Shown here piece by piece: positions 10,905 through 20,339 of a stretch of 64,000 nucleotides of DNA. The notes under the pieces were generated by a model. It ran no database searches and was not told the origin of the DNA. It saw nothing but the letters and a program-made list of their open reading frames with translations. Source of the stretch: an uncultured Alistipes sp. (GTDB lineage: Bacteria; Bacteroidota; Bacteroidia; Bacteroidales; Rikenellaceae); contig CALUII010000001.1 in assembly GCA_944320665.1 (NCBI GenBank), positions 13,344-77,343 of the forward strand, in the 5' to 3' direction. Both the position numbers and the translations under genes were made by a program. Each line of letters begins with the position of its first letter. The stretch's first letter is position 1.

Positions 10905-11906
10905 ATGGAGACGATCATCCCACCGGTCGACCGGGCCTTGCTCCGGGCCGAACTGACCCCCGAACGCAAAGCCCGCGATACGCACAAGGCCGGTAACGAA
11001 ATCTACATATTCACCGCCACGGAGTGCCCCGCGCTCATGCGCGAAATCGGCCGCCTGCGCGAAGAGGCCTTCCGTACGGGCGGCGGCGGCACGGGCCTTG
11101 CCCTCGACATCGACGACGAGGATCTGGCCGGCGACGGTTACTACCAGCTGATTGTCTGGGACCCCGCGGCACAGGAGATCGTCGGCGGCTACCGCTTCAT
11201 CGTCTGCACGTCGGAACACCCGCGCCACCTCTCGACCGAGCACTACTTCACCTTCAGCGAGCAGTTCCGCCGCGAGTACCTCCCCTATACGATCGAGCTG
11301 GGACGTTCGTTCGTGCAGGTGCGCTACCAGGTGCGCCAGAACCCCAAGAGCCTCTATGCACTCGACAACCTCTGGGACGGACTCGGGGCGCTGATCGTCC
11401 TCAGCCCCACGACCAGGTACCTCTTCGGCAAGGTGACGATGTACACCACCTACAAGGCCGTGGCACGCAACGCGCTGATCTGGTTCCTGCGCCGCTACTT
11501 CCCCGACCGCGACGGACTGGTGAAGGCGATCCACCCGCTTGAACTCGATCTGGACGACCCCTACTACGAACAGCTCTTCACCGGGGCCGACTACCAGGAG
11601 AACTACCGCATCCTGATCCGCCTGATCCGCGACTTCAACGAGACGATCCCGCCGCTGATCAACGCCTACATGAACCTCTCGCCGACGATGAAGGTCTTCG
11701 ACACCTTCTCCAACACGGATTTCGGCGGCGTGGAGGAGACGGGCATCCTGGTGACCATTCCGGACATCTACCCCGAGAAGCGCGAACGCTACACCCGCTG
11801 GGAGGGATGGCGGCGTAACCTTTCGGCCCGGCGCGAGGAGTTCCGCCGCCGGCTGATGGAGCACCTGAAGGCCATCACCACCAAGAAGAAGAACAGCCAG
11901 CACTGA
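10905..11906 (+). CDS. glsB: GNAT (OlsB-like) N-acyltransferase, probable N-acyl-glycine synthase GlsB
   Basis: REIGRLRE.AFR.GGGGTG..LDID, IVGGYR, IELGRSFV, LDNLWDGLG, IPPLINAY motifs. Confidence 0.8.
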   Translation: METIIPPVDRALLRAELTPERKARDTHKAGNEIYIFTATECPALMREIGRLREEAFRTGGGGTGLALDIDDEDLAGDGYYQLIVWDPAAQEIVGGYRFIVCTSEHPRHLSTEHYFTFSEQFRREYLPYTIELGRSFVQVRYQVRQNPKSLYALDNLWDGLGALIVLSPTTRYLFGKVTMYTTYKAVARNALIWFLRRYFPDRDGLVKAIHPLELDLDDPYYEQLFTGADYQENYRILIRLIRDFNETIPPLINAYMNLSPTMKVFDTFSNTDFGGVEETGILVTIPDIYPEKRERYTRWEGWRRNLSARREEFRRRLMEHLKAITTKKKNSQH

Positions 11907-11933
11907 CCCGTGCTGCGGCACACCAACACAAAG

Positions 11934-11977
11934 AGAGGGGGGGCCGTCCGAAAAACGTTTTTCGGACGGCCCCCCTC
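11934..11977. terminator. long palindromic hairpin between convergent glsB and kdsC
   Basis: GGGGGGCCGTCCGAAAAAC/GTTTTTCGGACGGCCCCCC inverted repeat. Confidence 0.7.
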
Positions 11978-12004
11978 AGTCGTATCCGGGCACAAGCCCC
12001 TCGA

Positions 12005-12550
12005 TCAGCGCGATGCGGCCAGCTGCGACGGCGTGACGCCCTGCGAGTCGCGGGCCCAGTCGCCCCGAGCACGCAGCACCTGCTCGATGATGTCGCGCAC
12101 GGCGCCGTGACCGCCCCGGAACTCGGAGACGTAGCGCGATGCCTCAACTACCTCGGCCGCGGCATCGGCCGGGCAGACCGGAATGCCCACCGCACGCAGA
12201 CACTCCAGGTCGGGAATGTCGTCGCCCATGAAGATCGTCTGCGAGGCATCGACCCCCACCTCGCGGAGGAACTCCTCGAGGGCCGCGATCTTGTTCATGC
12301 AGTCCAGATAGGCGTGTTTGAGTCCCAACATCCGCAGGCGGTTTTCGAGCGTGCGGCCCCGGCCGCCCGTGATGATGCAGACCTTGTAGCCCATGCGCAC
12401 GGCATAGGCCAGCGCGTATCCATCCTTGGCATCGTAACGGCGGATGAAGTCGCCGTCGACCGTCGGGATGATTCCCCCGTCGGTCAGCACGCCGTCGACA
12501 TCGAAGACGAAGGCCTCGACGCGTGCTATATCTTCCTTGAAGTTTCCCAT
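12005..12550 (-). CDS. kdsC: 3-deoxy-D-manno-octulosonate 8-phosphate phosphatase (HAD)
   Basis: FDVDGVLTDG, KDGYA, IITG, MGDDIPD, GGHGAVRD; ATG at 12550. Confidence 0.88.
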   Translation of the reverse strand: MGNFKEDIARVEAFVFDVDGVLTDGGIIPTVDGDFIRRYDAKDGYALAYAVRMGYKVCIITGGRGRTLENRLRMLGLKHAYLDCMNKIAALEEFLREVGVDASQTIFMGDDIPDLECLRAVGIPVCPADAAAEVVEASRYVSEFRGGHGAVRDIIEQVLRARGDWARDSQGVTPSQLAASR

Positions 12551-13329
12551 ATGCTTTGTGACATTGTTCGATAAATCGTCTCGAGCAGTTCGTCCTCCCC
12601 GATCAGGACGAGGTGCCGCTCCTGCGTCGTGCGGTCGTTGCGCACGGCGGGTCCCGTCTGCACCCCGCGTGGCGAGGCCGAGGCCAGGGCCTTGGCCGCC
12701 GTCTCGGCGATGATCGGGCGCAGCACGTCGAACGGCAGGCCGGCCTCGGCCAGCACCCGTTCGCCGAGGGCGTAGAGGTGGTTCGTGAAGTTGCAGGCCA
12801 GCACACCCGACAGGTGGATGCGGCACCTCCGGGCCGAGTCGGCACGCTGCACCGTGCGGCTCAACCCGCGGGCAAAGGCCTCGACACGGGTTTCGGTCGC
12901 GGCGTCGGAGGCCTCGATGAAGAGGGGCACCTCGGCGAAATCGACCTCGCGGCCCGCCGTGAAGGTCTGAAACGGGTAGAGCACCGCGCGGTGCACGGCG
13001 GGCAGCACGTCGATCGCGACGCCTCCGGCCGTATGGGCCACGACGGCCCCGGCGGGCCGCCGCAACGCGGCGGCCACGTCGCCCACGGCGCGGTCGCTCA
13101 CGGCAATCAGATAGAGGTCGGCCTCGGCCGCACGGGCCGGATCGGGCTCCCAGGCGCAGCCGCCGATACGGGCCACTTCGGGGCCCCGTTCGGGGTTGCG
13201 GGCACAGACCTGGCGCAGTTCGAAGGGCGAGGCGGCCAGCGCACGGGCCAGCGCCTCGGCCACGTTGCCGCTGCCGACAAGAACGACGGAGCGCAGCGCG
13301 GAATTCGCAGTTTGTGGTTCGGAGATCAT
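12526..13329 (-). CDS. Rossmann-like + DUF2520 domain protein
   Basis: LVGSGNVA, IAVSD, HTAG, YPFQTF, CNFTNHLY, QTGPAVRND. Confidence 0.85.
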   Translation of the reverse strand: MISEPQTANSALRSVVLVGSGNVAEALARALAASPFELRQVCARNPERGPEVARIGGCAWEPDPARAAEADLYLIAVSDRAVGDVAAALRRPAGAVVAHTAGGVAIDVLPAVHRAVLYPFQTFTAGREVDFAEVPLFIEASDAATETRVEAFARGLSRTVQRADSARRCRIHLSGVLACNFTNHLYALGERVLAEAGLPFDVLRPIIAETAAKALASASPRGVQTGPAVRNDRTTQERHLVLIGEDELLETIYRTMSQSIWETSRKI

Positions 13330-13344
13330 CCTTCGCAACAGAGA

Positions 13345-14652
13345 TCAGGGTTCATTCAACAGATCGGTAAACTTGCGGTTGCCCGTCGAGGCGCGGGCAT
13401 CGCGCTTGAGCCGTTCGAGCTCCGCCTCGATGTACGGCATTTCGGGCACGGACGACAGGTCGACGCCCGATTGTCCCTGCCGGTCGGCGGCCTCCAGCAC
13501 GCCGTAGAGCGTCAGCGACGAGAGGTCGCAGGCGAGCGTGTAGGTGGTGTCGCGTCCGGGTTCGTCGGCCGGCACGGCCACGAGCAGGCGGGCGGTCGTG
13601 AGCTGAAAGAGGACGTCGTTCACGATGCGCGTAGGCAGCCCCAGGCGGCGGCGTATCTCGTCGGCACCGACCGGGCCGCCGCCGTCGCGGAAGCGGCGCG
13701 CCACGTAGAGCATCACGGCAAGCATCACCTTGCGGCGCTGGTCGTAACTGACGAGCAGCGACTCGCGCTCCTCGGCAAAGCGTTCGATGTTCTGATAGGC
13801 GAACGACAGTTCGCCGCCGAAGAGCAGGATCTGCCACGAGGTCTGCATCCACACGAGGAAGAGGGGCAGGGCCGCAAAGCTGCCGTAGATGGCGTTGTAG
13901 GAGGTCATCCAGCGCTGCAGGTAGACGTACCCCCACTGGAAGAGGAGGAAGCACGTGCCGGCAATCACGCCGGCGGTCAGGGCGCTGCGGAAGCGCACGT
14001 GCGTATTGGGGATGGCCGTATAGAGGAAGGTGAACATGCCCCACGTCACCACCATCGAGCTGACGCGGGCCAGCAGCCATGCCAGATCCGCATCGCTTCC
14101 CAGCCAACCCTGAGCCCAGCGGCCGAAGGTGTGGAGGATGCCCCAGAGGATGGGGGCGACGACGACGAGGGTGATGTAGTCGCTGTATTGGCGGGCGACG
14201 CTGCGCGTGACCTTCACCTCCCAGATGTTGTTGAAGGCGCTCTCGATCGATCCGAAGACCCGGATCACCGCCCAGAAGAGCATCACGAGGGCCACGGCCG
14301 CCACCACGCCGCCCTGCGTACGTTCGAGTGCGTGCCCGGCGAACTCGACCAGGTAGTCGATGATCTCGGGATACTGCGGGAAGAGTCCGTAGAGGTTGTC
14401 GAGCAACCCGTCGGCCAGTCCGAACCCCTTGACCACGGCGAAGACCACGGCGGCGATCGGCACGATCGACATCAGCGTGTAGAAGGTGAGAGCGGCACTG
14501 CGCACCATCGTACCGTGTTCGATCAGCCCGCGGGCCGTGTAGAAGAGCAGCTTGTATTGCTGCACGCCCCACCGCACGACGGGATTGCGGAAGTCGCTCG
14601 CGTCGCGGCGGAAGACCGTATCGGTCAGGAAGGTGAGTATGCGCTTGATCAT
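13345..14652 (-). CDS. YihY/virulence factor BrkB family membrane protein
   Basis: SAALTFYTLMSIVP, IESAFNNIW, YNAIYGSFAALPLFLVW; ATG at 14652. Confidence 0.9.
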   Translation of the reverse strand: MIKRILTFLTDTVFRRDASDFRNPVVRWGVQQYKLLFYTARGLIEHGTMVRSAALTFYTLMSIVPIAAVVFAVVKGFGLADGLLDNLYGLFPQYPEIIDYLVEFAGHALERTQGGVVAAVALVMLFWAVIRVFGSIESAFNNIWEVKVTRSVARQYSDYITLVVVAPILWGILHTFGRWAQGWLGSDADLAWLLARVSSMVVTWGMFTFLYTAIPNTHVRFRSALTAGVIAGTCFLLFQWGYVYLQRWMTSYNAIYGSFAALPLFLVWMQTSWQILLFGGELSFAYQNIERFAEERESLLVSYDQRRKVMLAVMLYVARRFRDGGGPVGADEIRRRLGLPTRIVNDVLFQLTTARLLVAVPADEPGRDTTYTLACDLSSLTLYGVLEAADRQGQSGVDLSSVPEMPYIEAELERLKRDARASTGNRKFTDLLNEP

Positions 14653-14729
14653 CGTTCCGTAAGCTATTGAAGGCGCATCGGCTGCGGCTGCGGCGGGTGT
14701 CGGGGGATGGGTGCGGGCCGCCGGTCCGA

Positions 14730-15896
14730 TTACAAATGTAGCGGTTTCAGACGGATTGTCCAAAAGTCGCGCCCGATTTTCGTGAAGGCCATGCGCCGTT
14801 CGCCCCCTTCGCGGATTCCGCACCGGGCGGCGACCTCGGCCGTCGCAAGCGGGAAGTCGCGCTTGAGCAGTTCGACCCGCTCGCCCTTCAGTTCGCGTCG
14901 CAGCGCCTTCGGGTCGTAGGGCTCGATCCGCTCGATGGGCCACACGCGCCCGAGCACCGGCCCGACGGGCTCCTCGCGGGCGAACCCATACCCGTCGTTG
15001 CTCCACAGGTCGGCCACGCCGCGCAGGGCCGCACAGGCCACGCGGGCCTTCTGCAAGGCCACGTCGGGCACCACGAGCCACCCGTAGCGCTGCGGATCGA
15101 ACGCCTCGCGGCAGGGTTCGTTGTCGAGGGCGTCGCGTCGCACCGTGAAGCTGCCGCGACCGAGGGCGGTGGCCGTAAGCTGCGCATCGCGGCCGTCGGC
15201 ATAGATCAACACCTCCTTGCACTCGCCGCCGAGCGAGACGACCTCGACCTCGCACCGACCGAAGCAGGCGAAGGCCTCGTCGACGTCGAAGAGCGGCGAA
15301 TTTTTCACGCACAGCCGTTCAGAGACACGATGTATCGCCTCATCGAGGACCGTCAGGTCGGGCGAGCAGTCGGCCAGCCGCACCCGTTTGCGCCCGTCGG
15401 CGCCGCGGCGGTCGGGATCGGCATAGACCCAGTCGAACCGCTCCGTGGTTGCGGCCAGATACTCCTCGGCGGCGGCGGTGACCACCTCGACGTTGTGCAC
15501 CCCCATGCGGTGCAGGTTCTCGCGCACAACGTCGGCCAGCAGCGGGTCGCGCTCGAGGGCCACGACACGCCGGAAACGCCGGGCCAGGGCCCGGGCATCG
15601 ACACCGAGACCGCACGTGAGGTCGAGCACCGCATCGCCGTCGATGCGTTTGTGCGCGGCGCAGGCCTCGCTCGAGGCCTGTTCGAAGGCGCGCGGCGGCA
15701 CGATGCACCGCGCCTCATACCACGACGGCAGTTTCTCGGCCGCCCGCCGCAGGTACTTCACCTGCGTGGCCACCTCGGCGGCGTGGGGCACACGGCGGTC
15801 GAGCGCCACCTGCAGGGGGTCGCGCCCGAGTTGCTCCTCGACGCACCGGCGGCCTTCGTCGGTGCGGAGCCATGCGACAGTTTCGGGAGTCATCAT
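14730..15896 (-). CDS. class I SAM-dependent methyltransferase with THUMP-like C-terminus
   Basis: FEQASSE, VLDLTCGLGVD, YADPDRR, DCSPD; ATGA overlap with comEC stop. Confidence 0.8.
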   Translation of the reverse strand: MMTPETVAWLRTDEGRRCVEEQLGRDPLQVALDRRVPHAAEVATQVKYLRRAAEKLPSWYEARCIVPPRAFEQASSEACAAHKRIDGDAVLDLTCGLGVDARALARRFRRVVALERDPLLADVVRENLHRMGVHNVEVVTAAAEEYLAATTERFDWVYADPDRRGADGRKRVRLADCSPDLTVLDEAIHRVSERLCVKNSPLFDVDEAFACFGRCEVEVVSLGGECKEVLIYADGRDAQLTATALGRGSFTVRRDALDNEPCREAFDPQRYGWLVVPDVALQKARVACAALRGVADLWSNDGYGFAREEPVGPVLGRVWPIERIEPYDPKALRRELKGERVELLKRDFPLATAEVAARCGIREGGERRMAFTKIGRDFWTIRLKPLHL

Positions 15897-17350
15897 CGCC
15901 GCAAAGATACCTTTTTCTTCGGTTCGGCGCACCCGGCGAGGGCCGTAATTGCGACGAAGAGGGCATAGACCGCGGCCACGGCACCGGCCGAAGGGTGCAT
16001 CTCGACTGCACCCCACGGCCATCGGGCCGCCCAGTCAATCAATCCGTTCTGGGCGGCAGCCAACCCGTCGAGCACCGGTCCGAGGAGGGGAGCCAGCCAC
16101 GGCACGGGGCAGACCATCCAGACCACCGTTCCGAAGAGGAGCAGCGTCGCCAGCGGGATAACCAACGGATTGATCGCCACGCCGGCCAGCGAGATCTGCC
16201 CGAAGTTGCAGGCCACGAGGGGTGCCGTGGCCACCGAGGCGACCAGGCCCACCACCAGCATGTCGACCAGCCAGTCGAGCGGCCTCCACGACGTGCGCAG
16301 CCTCCGTCCGAGGGGCACGGCCCAGGCGAGGATGGCGGCCACGGCGACGAACGAGAGTTGGAAGCTGATGTCGAACAGCCACTGCGGCTCCCACACCAGC
16401 ATGACGAAGGCCGTAGCCGAGAGTATGTTTCCGCTCTTGTAGACCGATCCGGCGGCCAGCGACAGCTGCAGCGCCGAGAACATCAGCGCGGCCCTCACCA
16501 CGCTGGGCGCGAGGCCCGTGACCGAGGCATAGAGCCAGATCAGGGCGACGGCCACGACATTGCGCCAGAGGTGTCCGCGGCGCAGCAGCGGCATCCACCC
16601 CAGCAGCGCATTGACCAACAGGAAGACGATCCCGACGTGCAGGCCCGACACGGCCAGCAGGTGCGACGTTCCGCTTCGGGCATAAGCCTCGCGGCGTGCC
16701 GCGCTGAGGGCCGAGCGTTCGCCGGCCGCCATCGCCTCGCAGAGGGCCTCGCCCTCGGGCGAGAGTCCGAGCCGCCGCAGGCGTTCGACCGCTCCGTCGT
16801 GAAGCGACACGCCACGTGGCGGACAACGTTCGAGCAGTTGCCACGGCGCGATCCACATCGTGCCGACGTAGCCACGCCGGCGCATCAGTGCACCGTATTC
16901 GGGCAGTGCGGCGGGAAAGTCGTTGAGGTAGCTTCGGACGAGCAGCCGTTCGCCCGTCCGCAGGTGCAGGGTCGAGTCACCGCGCACGACGACCCGCAGC
17001 GCTACGGCCCTCCAGCAACCGTCCGCTTCGTCGCGCCAGGCCGTGATTCGGCCCGTGCGTCCCTCGTCGAGCGAGAGTTCGAAATCACACCTCGTGGCGC
17101 GCGGCACGGAGTCGGGCCGGGGCTCGTGCAGCCCGTAGAGTCCCCATCCGAAGAGCAGCAGCGCCCCGACGGCATAGAGCGACGAGCGCCGCACGAGGGC
17201 CAGCGAACCGCACACCACGAACCCGCCCCAGACGAACCACGCGGGGAGCAGGAAGCGGTCGGCAGCGGCTATTCCGACGGCGAACGGGATCAGTGCCCGC
17301 AACATGGGCATCATCGCCAGGCGGGCGTGCAGGTTGTGCAGTGCAAACAT
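15893..17350 (-). CDS. comEC: ComEC/Rec2 competence DNA-uptake channel (no C-terminal lactamase domain)
   Basis: SGTSHLLAVSGLHVG, PSVVRAALM, DISFQLSF, many TM segments; start 17350 or a slightly later Met. Confidence 0.9.
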   Translation of the reverse strand: MFALHNLHARLAMMPMLRALIPFAVGIAAADRFLLPAWFVWGGFVVCGSLALVRRSSLYAVGALLLFGWGLYGLHEPRPDSVPRATRCDFELSLDEGRTGRITAWRDEADGCWRAVALRVVVRGDSTLHLRTGERLLVRSYLNDFPAALPEYGALMRRRGYVGTMWIAPWQLLERCPPRGVSLHDGAVERLRRLGLSPEGEALCEAMAAGERSALSAARREAYARSGTSHLLAVSGLHVGIVFLLVNALLGWMPLLRRGHLWRNVVAVALIWLYASVTGLAPSVVRAALMFSALQLSLAAGSVYKSGNILSATAFVMLVWEPQWLFDISFQLSFVAVAAILAWAVPLGRRLRTSWRPLDWLVDMLVVGLVASVATAPLVACNFGQISLAGVAINPLVIPLATLLLFGTVVWMVCPVPWLAPLLGPVLDGLAAAQNGLIDWAARWPWGAVEMHPSAGAVAAVYALFVAITALAGCAEPKKKVSLRR

Positions 17351-17503
17351 CGCCCAAAGATACGAAAATAACGCATTCGGACACCGCCTGCTGCCGTTCT
17401 CCCCCCCCCGGCCGTCGTTGCCGACCGTTCCGGAACGATCCGGCTGCAACGGCCCGCCGCAAGCGGCGGCCGGCCCCCGTTCTCCGACCGCCGCCACGCC
17501 CGG

Positions 17504-17926
17504 CTACTCCTCCATGTGGCGGTCGATGCGGCGGCGGACGTACTGCCTGAGGCGCTCGAAGATCGGGGCGTCGGAGAGCTGCGCGGCATTCTCGAGGAAG
17601 GACCAGAGTTCAACACCGCACGTGAAGCCGGTGAAGAGTCGCGCCAGATTGAGCTGCATGAACTCCAGCACACAGGAGTCGATGAGCCAGGCCATGGCGA
17701 TGGCCGTGAGGACGAGTCCGAGCTTCACGACCGTGCGCCACGCCTCGCGGCTCTCGAACCACCAGGGGCGCCCCTCGCGGCGGGCCACGGCGCGGCTGGC
17801 CGCCACGCCCGTGACGAAATCGACGCCGATGAAGGCCACGGCGCACCACACCAGCGGGGCGATCGGTGCGAAGAGTCCGGCGACGGCCGCCGCCACGCCG
17901 CTAACGAATCTGTACAAAGTCTCCAT
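17504..17926 (-). CDS. phage holin family protein (TcdE/Phage_holin_4-like)
   Basis: 140 aa, about 3 hydrophobic segments, DFVTGV..S, ES..AWRTVVK, ELWSFLENA pattern. Confidence 0.8.
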   Translation of the reverse strand: METLYRFVSGVAAAVAGLFAPIAPLVWCAVAFIGVDFVTGVAASRAVARREGRPWWFESREAWRTVVKLGLVLTAIAMAWLIDSCVLEFMQLNLARLFTGFTCGVELWSFLENAAQLSDAPIFERLRQYVRRRIDRHMEE

Positions 17927-18374
17927 GGATGCGGCAACGTTTCAGGATGTTCTGCATCGGGTCGTACTCGGGATAGTCCGCCGCCCGTTGGTCGAGGTGG
18001 TCCGATGCGCGCTGCATGAGGGCACGGGCCTGGCTTCGGAGTGCGCGCAGCAGCCGCAGCGACTGACTCTCCGAGACGGGTTCGGCGCCGTCGGGATCGG
18101 CCACAACGGCTCCGCAGCTGCCCGTGCGCACCTCGAGACGCGTCTGCACCAGCACGCGGGTCCAGAGGGCAAGCGGTGCGGCCAGATAGTCGGCGACCAG
18201 TTCGGCATATTCACCGGCAAGCAGGCGTTCGTAGAGGCGCTGCCCGACGACGGGCCGCACGTAACGCACCTCGGCGGCGGCGATGTCGCCCTCGGCCACG
18301 GCCGCCGGATCGAGGTAGTCGCCTCCGGTGAAGGCCAGCGCCGCGACCTGTTCGGATGTGATGAGTGTTTTCAT
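17901..18374 (-). CDS. DUF6712-like phage head-tail adaptor
   Basis: MKTLIT..., IAAAEVRYVRPVVGQRLYERL, DYLAAPLA, YPEY pattern like Bacteroidota phage proteins encoded after the portal. Confidence 0.65.
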   Translation of the reverse strand: MKTLITSEQVAALAFTGGDYLDPAAVAEGDIAAAEVRYVRPVVGQRLYERLLAGEYAELVADYLAAPLALWTRVLVQTRLEVRTGSCGAVVADPDGAEPVSESQSLRLLRALRSQARALMQRASDHLDQRAADYPEYDPMQNILKRCRIHGDFVQIR

Positions 18375-18639
18375 AGGATTACATGATAGTAGGATGGAAG
18401 GTTATCGCATGTTCAATGGTTTTTGTCGGGATCGGCGGCGGCGGACGACGCGCCCCTCCCGCCACGCACCTTCCCTTCGGCGGGCGGCCGTCTCCGACCC
18501 CGTGCGACGACCCCGGGGCGGTGGCTTCGCGGTGTGCGCCCCCCGGGAGGGCAGACACACCGGTCGGCAGACCGTCCCGCGTCGCACGGCGATCGGGCGA
18601 CCGTCCGTCAGATCAGAGAGGGAACGGAGCGGCGGGCAA

Positions 18640-19860
18640 TCAGTCGACGCTGCGCAGGTTGTACTTCGTGATTTCGGAGAGGAACTGCTGCTGTTCGGCA
18701 TCCTGCGGGTCGTACTCGAGGCCGTCGGCCTTGCGGGCCTCCCAGACGCGCATGTAGATGGGTTTCGAACGGGTCGGCGGACGGTTCACGATCTCGAGCG
18801 ACGAGGCGTCGCAGCCGAGCACGCGTTCGATGATGCGGCGAATGGGTTCGAGCAGTTCGGCCTGCTCGCCGAGGATGACCGTATTGAGGGCCACCTCGTA
18901 CTCGTGGAGGATGCGCTCGGCGTTGAATCCCGAGGCGTAGTCCAGGCCGCTGAGGGTGCGGAACCACGAGTGGGCGACGACGATGTCCGAAACGGCCTGG
19001 TCGTGGAGCGACTTCCAGTCGCCCTCGTTCTGCGAGGCGATGGGGATGAATCGCGAGTGGTCGTCGGCCGACCCCTCCTTGACGACGAAGAGCACCTGAC
19101 CGGGGTTTCCGGCAAACTTGCGTTCGGCCGTTCGGATGATCTGTTCGGCCTGCTCCTCGCTGTCGGCGGTGCTGTCGAGCATCATGACGCCCGAGAGCTG
19201 GAAGGAGTTGTCCAGACGCGAGATGTTCCACCGGTCGGTCTTGTAGGCGATGGCCGAGACGTCGAACCCGGCGATGTAGGGGGGCACGCCGTAGTGTTCG
19301 AACATCGGTTCGTAGTCCTTGTAGTGGACGATGCTGCGCAGCGTTCCGTCCTCCAGCTCCTCGAACGCGGGCCAGAGCGGAAGCGATCGGGCCTCCGAAG
19401 GGCGGAAGGCGCTCCAGTCGTGGTGGAGCAGGACGTGCGCCGAGTCGCGAGCCAGTCGGCAGCGCGAGGCGTCCTGATGGAAGAGCGCGAGGAAGCTGCC
19501 GGCGGCGTCGGTCACCACCTCGAGGAAGGCATTGCCGAAGAGCGACTTGTCGAATGCCAGTTTGTTGAGCAGCTGGCGGAGGCTCTCGCCCGATGCGTTG
19601 ACGTGGTCGGCCAGGCTGCGGAGCATCGGTTCGCGGTCGTCGCAGACGATGCCCTTTCCCGAGATGTAGTCGGCCTTGTCGTTGATGATGCGGCGGTGCG
19701 TGGTCGACCGGCGGGCCATGACGGCCAGTGCCACGGGGAAGAGGTTGTCGTCGCCCCAGCGCCAGAAGCGGTCGTTCTCGACGCGCCCGGCCCCGAGGTT
19801 CACATAGGGATCCGTACGGCTGTTGCGCACGACGGATCTACGGATTGAGTTCTTGGACAT
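18640..19860 (-). CDS. phage portal protein (Bacteroidota phage type)
   Basis: WGDDNLFP..L....RRSTTHRRIINDKADYISGKG, FDKSLFGNAFLEV, YGVPPY, IVVAH; 406 aa. Confidence 0.85.
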   Translation of the reverse strand: MSKNSIRRSVVRNSRTDPYVNLGAGRVENDRFWRWGDDNLFPVALAVMARRSTTHRRIINDKADYISGKGIVCDDREPMLRSLADHVNASGESLRQLLNKLAFDKSLFGNAFLEVVTDAAGSFLALFHQDASRCRLARDSAHVLLHHDWSAFRPSEARSLPLWPAFEELEDGTLRSIVHYKDYEPMFEHYGVPPYIAGFDVSAIAYKTDRWNISRLDNSFQLSGVMMLDSTADSEEQAEQIIRTAERKFAGNPGQVLFVVKEGSADDHSRFIPIASQNEGDWKSLHDQAVSDIVVAHSWFRTLSGLDYASGFNAERILHEYEVALNTVILGEQAELLEPIRRIIERVLGCDASSLEIVNRPPTRSKPIYMRVWEARKADGLEYDPQDAEQQQFLSEITKYNLRSVD

Positions 19861-19920
19861 GAGCAGTTTTGTTTCACACGTGAGTGGTGGGTAATCGGAT
19901 CAAGAGGGTTTTTATTCGGC

Positions 19921-20334
19921 TCAGTTGGGGAGGAGGGCCGTCGTGTCGTCGCATTCGAAACGGAGTCGGGCCTCGTTGCCGTCGGCGGGTTTGGCTCCCG
20001 AGGCGATTTCGAATTCGGAGAGTCGTAGGGGGTGTTCCCAGCCGAGAGCATCGGTCCACCCGACGGCCAGCTCCTCGCCGGCGGCGGTGGTGACGACGGC
20101 CGAAGCGCCCTGGGAGACCATCCGTTCGGCAAAGGGGAGGATCTCGCGGGCCGTTTCGCGCGGGACGATGAGATCGAGCGTATGGTGCACGCGCAGGATG
20201 CCGTTGTCGGAGAGGAGCTCCTCGGTGTAGGAGGAGCGCTGATCGAGGAGGAGGATCTCGGGCTGCGCGGTCTGCCCGACGGGGCAGATCCGCACAGCCA
20301 CGATACCTCCCACGGGTTTACGCCGTTCGGTCAT
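19921..20334 (-). CDS. putative tail tube / major tail-like protein
   Basis: 137 aa from ATG 20334; VGGIVAVRI, SSYTEE..SDNG....HTLDL, SGAKPADGNEARLRF beta-rich pattern; directly after the capsid gene. Confidence 0.5.
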   Translation of the reverse strand: MTERRKPVGGIVAVRICPVGQTAQPEILLLDQRSSYTEELLSDNGILRVHHTLDLIVPRETAREILPFAERMVSQGASAVVTTAAGEELAVGWTDALGWEHPLRLSEFEIASGAKPADGNEARLRFECDDTTALLPN

Positions 20335-20339
20335 CGGCC

